A model generated the notes under the pieces. It worked only from the letters and a program-made list of their open reading frames with translations. It did no database searches and was not told where the DNA came from. Shown here one piece after another: positions 53,210 through 64,000 of a stretch of 64,000 nt of DNA; position 1 is the first letter of the stretch, and every line of letters begins with the position of its first letter. The position numbers and the translations under genes are program-made. This DNA comes from Eledone cirrhosa. Taxonomy: Eukaryota. The DNA is taken from positions 53,568,001-53,632,000 of the forward strand of contig OZ024747.1 in the NCBI GenBank assembly GCA_964016885.1. The letters are read 5' to 3'.

Positions 53210-53639
53210 ATGTGTGTGTGTATACATACACATTTCTGAATTTCTCTGGATATTTGTGTGTACCTGTCATTATTGTTTGTATATGACAATTGTATGTTAA
53301 CATAGAATCATGTGTGTATAATATATCTGTATATTAATATATGTTCACACATATGTGTGCACATGTATCTGTATATTAATATATGTGCACACATGTGCAT
53401 TTACAATGCACAGAGGGGAGTATTGAAGGAAGTAGAGAAAAAGAAGGAGAATAAATACAATAAATGAACGAAGAAAAAAAAACAGGAACAAGAACTCCTA
53501 AAATACAATAGGGTCCCTTAGGTAAATGGGTGTGGGTAGATAGGGATCACAGAAATGAAGTGCAACTATCCCTTCATGTAATCTGCCCCTGTCTCCCCTC
53601 TATCTGCCTGTCTATCTGTTTATCTATCAATGTATCTAG

Positions 53640-53671
<32 letters not shown>

Positions 53672-53702
53672 ACATGTGACTATCTGTCTGACTATCTGCC
53701 AG

Positions 53703-53737
<35 letters not shown>

Positions 53738-54284
53738 GTCTATCTATCTTTCTGTCTGTCTGTCTGTCTAGCTATTTATCTATCTATCTAGCTATCCATT
53801 TCCTTTAAGACCAGCCCAGTCTTGTCAAAACTTGTTCTACTCCCCCCAACACCCTACCACTACCTATACCTAGCCCTGCCCAGCTCGGTCCAGCCCTGCC
53901 CAAGCCACCTACGAATTATAAATTCTGTATGCAAGGGGATGATTTGTTGGTGGTGGTCAAATGATTTATGTTTTGCAACTGACCATTAAGGACTGCTACA
54001 CATACTGGACATCAATGAGGGAGAGGGGGGAGCAGGAGGAGTGAGTATTTGGAGGTGGAAGGGTAGTGGTGGTGGTGGTGGTGGTTGTGGTGGTAGTAGT
54101 GGTGGCGGTGGTGGTGGCAGTAGTGGTGAGTGGAAGATTTATATAGGAACTAGTAAACATTTATAACATATACATAAACATACTAACCCACACATAACAC
54201 TTATACACACACATAAATAACATACATATATACACACCCACAAAAAAATAAAACATATATACATACACCCGCATGTACACACAC

Positions 54285-54316
<32 letters not shown>

Positions 54317-54978
54317 GAACATACATAAATACACATACCTACCTGTATATACACACGCTCACAAATGCATACATACTAACACATACATGCTTAAATATAG
54401 TTTACACAGAAATATACATTTATTTATTATTGTTGTTGTTGTTGTTGGTGACGATGATAGATGTAGTTCATATATTGATGATGATGATAGTGATGGTGAT
54501 GATGTAGTTCATATATTGATGATGATGATGATGGTGATGATGTAGTTCCTATATTGATGATGATGATGGTGATGGTGATAGATGGAGTCCCTATTTTGTT
54601 ATTGCGGTGCTACTTGTTTAACACCAGGTCAACCTCAACTGATCATACCTATGAGTAAAGACAATCCGGACATGGCTAACTCATTGAAGAGTGAACTGAT
54701 GATAAAGATGAATGCTACCAGCCATCCATCTATCCGTCCATGGGCCCTGAAGTCTTAACGGAGCCATTTGGACACCCTCATGAGCTTTTAAACTAGGTGG
54801 AGCCCTTCCCTCTTCAGGTTTTATAAAACAGACAATTTCTTCCTCCAGAAAGACAGAAAATAAGAGACAACGAAATTGAGAAATAGAGATAGAGGAATCA
54901 ACCCCAGTATATGATTGGTATGTTACTTATTGGCTTTGAAAGCATTATAGGCAAAGTTGAACTCATTATTCTATATAT

Positions 54979-55163
54979 AGGCGGTGGATTGGCAGTATCA
55001 GTAGAGAGTCGGACGCCATGCTTTCCAGCATAGTTACGTCCCTTTACGATCTGAGTTCAAATCCCGCCGAGGTTGACTTTGCCTTTCATCCTTACGGGGT
55101 CGATAAAATAAAGTACCAGTAATGCACTGGATAATTGCTGGCCTTGTGCCTAAAGTAGAAACA
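54979..55163 (+). mobile_element. Meta/Sauria-like SINE, 14-bp TSD
   Basis: TSD ATTATTCTATATAT at 54965-54978 and 55164-55177. Confidence 0.9.
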
Positions 55164-55446
55164 ATTATTCTATATATTATTTGCAAGTCTTTCTGTACTG
55201 TTTGATTTGAGGGAGATTTTACTATCATTTTTAGCATATTCAGAGTCCATGATGAGGCTACTATGTTAACTGAAGTAGTAATCATTAACATCACCATCAT
55301 CATCATCACCGTTTAACGTCCATTTTCCATGCCAGCATGGGTTAGAGGTATGGTCCTATTTGAGGCAAGTTGAGGTCAGATGACCTGCCTCAAATAGCAC
55401 AACTCATCAAACCCATGTTAGCATGGAAAGTTGTTGTTATTACTTC

Positions 55447-55635
55447 AAGGGCGGTGAATTGGCAGTATCGGTAGAGGGTCGGACGCCATGCTTTGATGCA
55501 TAGAGTTACGGCCCTTTATGGTCTCAGTTCAAATCCTGCCGAGGTTAACTTTACCTTTCATCCTTACGGGGTCGATAAAATAAAGTACCAGTAATGTACT
55601 GGGTAATTACTGGTCTTGTGCCAAAAGTAGAAACA
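55447..55635 (+). mobile_element. Meta/Sauria-like SINE, 11-bp TSD
   Basis: TSD GTTATTACTTC at 55436-55446 and 55636-55646. Confidence 0.9.
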
Positions 55636-56301
55636 GTTATTACTTCTAGTGCTTTAGTGGTTTTTGTGGTACTAGTGTTGTTGTTGTTGTAGTTGTTTAG
55701 TCTCTAGTCAACCCTGAGCCAGCAAACATTTTTGATCAAAAACATTTGAGCTGCGATCATCTCATATTAACTGGAATAAACCAAGGATCACATTATACAA
55801 TGTTTCTTTTTATGAGAGAGTAGTGTGTAATTTGAGAGAGATTTTGTTGCTATTTCTAGTATGTCGAATGACCATACAGAGGCTCCCAGTTGTTATTACT
55901 ATTAATAATATTATTAATGTTGTTATTATTGTTGTTGTTTCCATCACTGCAATTTTTATTGATGTTGTTTCAAAAATGTGTGATGGCAGTGAATGTAATG
56001 TTGTTGTAGTTATTGTTGTAGCTGCTGTTATGTCTTCTTCTTCGTCTTCTTCTTCTTCTTCTTCGTCTTCTTCTTCTTCTTCTCCTCCCCCCTTCCTTTC
56101 CTCCTCCACAACTTTTTGTATGTATATTTGTGTGTATGTGTAAAGATTTCAAATGATAAAGGATTTCTCAAGAAGAATATAAATATTAAAGGAAACACAA
56201 CAACAACAATAACAGCAACAGCAATAATAACAAAAAGTAAAGAAAAGAACACACACACACATATACATGTGTAAATATATATATATACACACACATACGA
56301 T

Positions 56302-56339
<38 letters not shown>

Positions 56340-56441
56340 TCATATATATAAAAATATATATATACACACATACGATATATATATATATATATATATACAT
56401 ATATATACTCATATATATATAAATATATATATACACACATA

Positions 56442-56488
<47 letters not shown>

Positions 56489-57148
56489 CAAACAAAAAAA
56501 TATAAAGAAAAGAAGCCGTATGGCAAATATGGAAGTAAAATAAATACATAAAAATGGTAATGTCCATTCCATGGCCACAGCTTTTCCATGACACTTAAAG
56601 AAATAGGAACCCTGCCCTGCCCTGCTCTGCTTTGCTTTGTCCTCCCCCCTTTCAGTCCCTACTGCCTACTCTACTACTCACCTTACACATTTCTTGTTTC
56701 ATCAGCCCGCCCGCCCACCCCCACCACTTATCCTGCTTTATTTCTCTAATATTAATGTAAAATCTACAAAGATAGCCATAAAATATTTCTCTTCCCCAAC
56801 CGTCATCCCTCCTTGCTCCTAGCTCCTTGTTATAGTCTTACACTGTGTGTGTATGTGTGTGCGTGTGCATGTGTATGTGCATATGTGGGTGTGTGTGTGT
56901 AAGTATGTGTATGAGCATGTATATGTGTGTGTGTGAGTGTATATGTGTGAGTGTGTGAGTGTGTGTGGGAAGCAGAGATGATGAAAATTGTGTGGACATG
57001 ATATATATATGTATACACATGCATATGTGTGTATGCCTGTGTGTGATTGTATGCGGAGATTATGAATGTGTGGACATGATATATATGTGTGTGTGTGTGT
57101 GTCACACTGTATGTGTATGTGTGTGTATATATATATATAATTTAGTTA

Positions 57149-57182
<34 letters not shown>

Positions 57183-57640
57183 AATATAACTATATACTAC
57201 ATTATACACATACATTTGACATTTTATACACACATATATATATATATACATATGTTTACATGTATGTATGTTTTGATGTGTTTGGCCACAGACTGGCTGA
57301 ATGGTTAAACTCTTCTCTTTGCAATCATCAGATTTTCTGTTCAATCCCAATATAAGGCATATTAGACAAGTGTCATTTACCATAGCACTTCTTTGACCAA
57401 ATCTCTATGTGATATTGGGCAGGCAGAAACTGTCTAGAAGATTCTTAGATAGATTGTATTTGATAATGATTGTGATGAGATAACGGTTTCTGATTTAGGC
57501 ACAAGGCCAGCAATTTTAAGGGAGGGGAAAGTTGATTAAATCAACACCAGTGCATTACTGGTACTTAATTTTATCGATCCCTGTAAGATTGAAAGACAAA
57601 TAAAAATTGCAGTGATGGAAACAACAACAATAACATTAAT

Positions 57641-57825
57641 AATTGTTTCTATTTTTGGCACAAGGCCAGCAATTACCCAGTACATTACTGGTACTTTATT
57701 TTATCGACCCCGTAAGGATGAAAGGAAAAGTTGACCTCGGCGGGATTTGAACTCAGATCATAAAGGGACGTAACTCTATGCTTCAAAGCATGGTGTCCAA
57801 CTCTCTACCGATACTGCCAATCCAC
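57641..57825 (-). mobile_element. Meta/Sauria-like SINE copy; further partial copies at ~57485-57600 and ~58335-58475
   Basis: Reverse complement of the consensus seen at 48743. Confidence 0.87.
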
Positions 57826-59050
57826 ATATTGTTTCTACTATAGACACAAGGCTAGCAATTTAAAGAACAACTGGGAGCCTCTATATATTCATTTGACATA
57901 CTAGAAATAGCAGCAAAATCTTTCTCAAAATACACCTACTCTTTCATAAAACATTGTATGATGTGATCCTTGGTTTACACTAGTTAACATAACATTATCA
58001 AAGCTACTGTAAAGGGCCGTAACTCTATACTATGAAGCAGGATGTCTGACGCCCTACAGATATTGCCCTTGATGGTGATGACAATTATGTGAATGATAAT
58101 ATTTACTTTAAAAAAAATTCAATCATAAATTTATTTAAGAGCCTCTGTTAAGTTATATTTGATATGCATGCATGGTCCCTTAATTTCTGATGGAGTAGTA
58201 GGGGCACTGTAGGGGCATTTTGGGGGCATTTTAAGCCTGGCAGAGCCGATTCCTCTCCAGGTCTTCCACAGAAGGATAGTGAGTGAGAGAAAGGAAGTGA
58301 GAAAGAGATATAGAGGCAGAATCGGCCTCCAATACTAGTCTGGTATATTTTTTTATCAACCTCGTAAGGATGAAAGGCAAAGTTGACCTCGGCGGGATTT
58401 GAACTCGGAAAGCAGAGATCCGGAACAGATACTGCGGAACATTCTATCGGATGTTCTAACAACTCTGCCAATTCACATATTATGTTCCATATAGCAGTTT
58501 GATAATGAGAAAATTAACTTCATTACTGAATTCCTCCAAATTCTTGATTATTTGAAAGACAAAGATAGTGTGTTTCATTAGAATTATGGTAACTAAAGGG
58601 TTATTGAAAAGGATAATGATGGTAATGATGAGGAAGATGATGATGTCAATGATGATGATTGTCAGTAGCTATGATAGTGTTGAAGATGATGATGATGATG
58701 ACGGCAATGATGATGATTGTCAGCTGGCATAATGGTGAGGAAGATGAGGATAGAATGTCTCACAAAACAGTTTTATTTATATTTGCACAAAAATATATTT
58801 TCTTCTTGCTTTTTTGTGATTGTTGTTGGTGCTGCTATTGTTGGTATTGTTGTTATTATTGTTGATGTTGTCATTGCTGTTGTTGCTTTTGTTGTTGTTT
58901 CTAATATTTGATACTTTTTTGTAAATGCTCCTGATGTTGCTACTGTTGGTGTTGCTGGCTGTTGTTGTTGTTTGTTCTTCTTCTTCTTTTCCTTGCTGTA
59001 GTTGTAGTTTAATTCAACATTGACACTTCCTCTCTCTCTCACTATCTCTC

Positions 59051-59090
<40 letters not shown>

Positions 59091-59092
59091 CC

Positions 59093-59165
<73 letters not shown>

Positions 59166-59368
59166 CTTCTCTCGTTGTTCCCCCTCAATGAAACATACAT
59201 AAAAAATAATAAGAGAAAGTCAGTTTTTCCAAGAATTCCCTTCCCTGGCAACTTAATTTTTCTATCAGTCTTATCTTCAATTACCAAAGATTTTAGCGAA
59301 CTTTCTCAGAAACAAAAAGCCGATTAATTTAAAGAAGCTGAAATCTCTCCATGACCAGAAACACACCG

Positions 59369-59402
<34 letters not shown>

Positions 59403-59491
59403 GCATATATATGTGTATTATGTATATATGTGCATGTATATATATATATAGGCATATATATATGTGCATATATATATATGTGTGTGTGTGT

Positions 59492-59542
<51 letters not shown>

Positions 59543-59578
59543 TATATACATAAGGCATACACAAACATACATATACAC

Positions 59579-59609
<31 letters not shown>

Positions 59610-60069
59610 ATCACATGTTCATTTGCATACATTACTTGCAAAGATATATATATATACATATATATATATAGACACACACACACATATTACATAAACTTAT
59701 ATATATATATATACACAGGTGTTCCATGTATATATATGCTAAGCTTCCAAACTAAATATCTGATGTATATATAGTTAAGTACATAACTTTCAAAAAGAAT
59801 AAAACATTTTTTAAAATACCATAAAATGATAAAAAAATAATAAAGAATACCATTAACAACAACAACAGTAATAACAACAATAACAGCTGTAAATACAGGA
59901 ACTCTTTGTATATGTTTTGGCAGTAGATTAGAGAATGCATTTGGTAAGGAAATTAAATGTATAAATGCATTGGATGAAGAATGGTGAGGAATACCAAAAA
60001 ACATTTAATCAAATAAGAATTAAGTTGGTTATATATATATATATATATCATCATCATCATCATCATTTT

Positions 60070-61189
<1,120 letters not shown>

Positions 61190-61190
<1 letters not shown>

Positions 61191-61470
61191 GTTAAGAGAG
61201 TGGGACTGGCTTTGTGCAGTGCCTTTGCTCACTATAAAAGCTTCACGGCACAGGCATTGCTTTATATCTGGAGATCTCTCTGCACTTGTCATCACATGTA
61301 CCATGGGCCCAGCACTATATGTCAATAATGGTCACCAGTGGGGTGTTTGTGCCAGAGTTTTCAAGTCGCTGGCTGGACTAAAAAGTCACACTCGTTCAGC
61401 GCATCGGTAGGGGTTCTCCTACATGGATATAAAGTAGTGGCCGTACTCGAAATCGAGTTGGCAGCCACCA
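61190..61470 (+). mobile_element. RTE-BovB-like LINE 3' end with degenerate C-terminal zinc finger
   Basis: VCARVFKSLAGLKSHTRSAHR-stop, a short UTR, then (TA)n. Confidence 0.65.
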
Positions 61471-61649
61471 TATATGTATATATATTATATATATGTATAT
61501 ATATTATATATATGTATATATATATATATATGTATATATATTATATATATGTATATATATATATATATGTATATATATTATATATATGTATATATATATA
61601 TATATTATATATATGTATATATATGTATATATATATATATATATATACA

Positions 61650-61803
61650 CTGTTCTGTCCTACTAACTTCAAACGTTTATACCTCACTAAATGCTTCAAG
61701 TAAACTACCATTTCCTTCTTTTATATATATAAAACTTTTATACTCTGCTATGTATTGAGTACCTTACTTACTGTGGTTACCTCCGATTCAACCCGGAATA
61801 ACG
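61650..61803 (+). mobile_element. Terminal fragment of the 34693 foldback family inside (TA)n
   Basis: 61739-61803 is identical to the reverse complement of 34693-34757. Confidence 0.8.
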
Positions 61804-61825
61804 TATATATATATATATATATATA

Positions 61826-62085
61826 TTTCAGGGATATCATATTAACAATATGTTATGCCATCTTCAGACAAAATACAATATAAACAGTCTTATTTTGTCT
61901 GAAGATGGCATAACATATTGTTAATATGATATCCCTAAAATATATAAAACGAAATAAATATGGTTTTATAAATATAGTTTCCATTTATTTAATATCATAA
62001 ATATACTCCAAATACTTGTTGAGTGCTTTTATATCAGTTATAAATATTTACTCGTTGTTAACCCAACAATTTAAATATAACTTTC

Positions 62086-62088
<3 letters not shown>
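61826..62088. mobile_element. Foldback insert in (TA)n: perfect 46-bp arms plus ~150-bp tail, weak hammerhead-like core
   Basis: Arms 61830-61875/61891-61936. CTGAAGA at 61899-61905 and GAAA at 61951-61954. Confidence 0.75.
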
Positions 62089-62114
<26 letters not shown>

Positions 62115-62116
<2 letters not shown>

Positions 62117-64000
62117 ATGATGTGTGTGTATGTGTATATCTGTGCATGTATGGATATATTTGTGTATGTATGTATGTGTGTGTGTATGTGTATATCTGTG
62201 CATGTATATATGGATATATTTGTGTATGTATGTATGATGTGTGTGTATGTGTATATCTGTGCATGTATGGATATATTTGTGTATGTATGTATGTATGTGT
62301 GTGTATGTGTATATCTGTGCATGTATGTATGGATATATTTGTGTATGTATGTATGTATGTGTGTGTATGTGTATATCTGTGCATGTATGTATGGATATAT
62401 TTGTGTATGTATGTATGTGTGTGTGTGTGTATGTGTATATCTGTGCATGTATGTATGGATATATTTGTGTATGTATGTATGTGTGTGTATGTGTATATCT
62501 GTGCATGTATGTATGGATATATTTGTGTATGTGTGTATGTATGTGTGTGTATGTGTATATCTGTGCATGTATGTATGGATATATTTGTGTATGTGTGTAT
62601 GTGTGTGTGTGTGTATGTGTATATCTGTGCATGTATGGATATATTTGTGTATGTATGTATGTGTGTGTGTGTATATCTGTGCATGTATGTATGGATATAT
62701 TTGTGTATGTATGTATGTGTGTGTGTGTGTATGTGTATATCTGTGCATGTATGGATATATTTGTGTATGTATGTATGTATGTGTGTGTGTGTATATCTGT
62801 GCATGTATGTATGGATATATTTGTGTATGTATGTATGTGTGTGTGTGTGTATGTGTATATCTGTGCATGTATGGATATATTTGTGTATGTATGTATGTGT
62901 GTGTGTATGTGTATATCTGTGCATGTATATATGGATATATTTGTGTATGTATGTGTGTGTGTATGTGTATATCTGTGCATGTATGTATGAATATATTTGT
63001 GTATGTATGTATGTGTGTGTGTATGTGTATATCTGTGCATGTATATATGGATATATTTGTGTATGTATGTATATGTGTGTGTGTGTATGTGTATATCTGT
63101 GCATGTATGGATATATTTGTGTATGTATGTATGTGTGTGTATGTGTATATCTGTGCATGTATGGATATATTTGTGTATGTATGAATGTATGTGTGTGTGT
63201 GTATATCTGTGCATGTATGTATGGATATTTTTGTGTATGTATGTATGTATGTGTGTGTGTGTATATCTGTGCATGTATGTATGGATATATTTGTGTATGT
63301 ATGTATGTGTGTGTGTGTGTATATCTGTGCATGTATATATGGATATATTTGTGTATGTATGTATGTTTGTGTGTGTGTATGTGTATATCTGTGCATGTAT
63401 GGATATATTTGTGTATGTATGTATATGTGTGTGTATGTGTATATCTGTGCATGTATGGATATATTTGTGTATGTATGTATGTATGTGTGTGTGTGTATAT
63501 CTGTGCATGTATGTATGGATATATTTGTGTATGTGTGTGTGTGTGTATGTGTATATCTGTGCATGTATGGATATATTTGTGTATGTATGTATGTATGTGT
63601 GTGTATGTGTATATCTGTGCATGTATGTATGGATATATTTGTGTATGTATGTATGTATGTGTGTGTATATCTGTGCATGTATGTATGGGAATATTTGTGT
63701 ATGTATGTATGTGTGCGTGTATGTGTATATCTATGCATGTATATATGGATATATTTGTGTATGAATGTATGTGTGTGTGTATGTGTATAACAGTGCATGT
63801 ATGTATGGATATATTTGTGTATGTATGTATGTATGTGTGTGTATGTGTATATCTGTGCATGTATGTATGGATATATTTGTGTATGTATGTATGTGTATGT
63901 GTGTGTATGTGTATATCTGTGCATGTATATATGGATATATTTGTGTATGTATGTATGTATGTATGTGTGTGTGTATGTGTATATCTGTGCATGTATGTAT
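62115..64000. repeat. ~54-62-bp minisatellite (ATATCTGTGCATGTAT[GTAT]GGATATATTTGTGTATG...), runs off the window end
   Basis: Read directly. Confidence 0.95.

Noticed and set aside
61340-61410. Host C2H2 zinc-finger exon
   Set aside because: Single degenerate finger ending in a stop, short UTR and (TA)n; better explained as an RTE LINE C-terminus.

Overview
AT-rich, microsatellite-dense animal DNA with no convincing host protein-coding exon. Nearly all long ORFs in the track are translations of (TA)n/(TG)n/(GGT)n or minisatellites. The repeat mix resembles octopus (cephalopod) genomes; this is an inference from repeat style, not a database match. Contents: several minisatellites (26, 41/42, 24, ~126, ~140 and ~58 bp units), two decayed mariner transposons, many RTE-clade LINE fragments, and three SINE families (CORE-like, Meta/Sauria-like with clear TSDs, and a Nin-like fragment). 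The most notable signal is a set of short non-coding inserts, nearly all in or next to (TA)n tracts. Seven are asymmetric foldbacks (arm-loop-inverted arm plus a one-sided tail). About nine loci carry type I hammerhead ribozyme cores, and four of the foldbacks are among them. One insert (22064-22963) still encodes the C-terminus of a GIY-YIG endonuclease, which links the set to Penelope-like retroelements.
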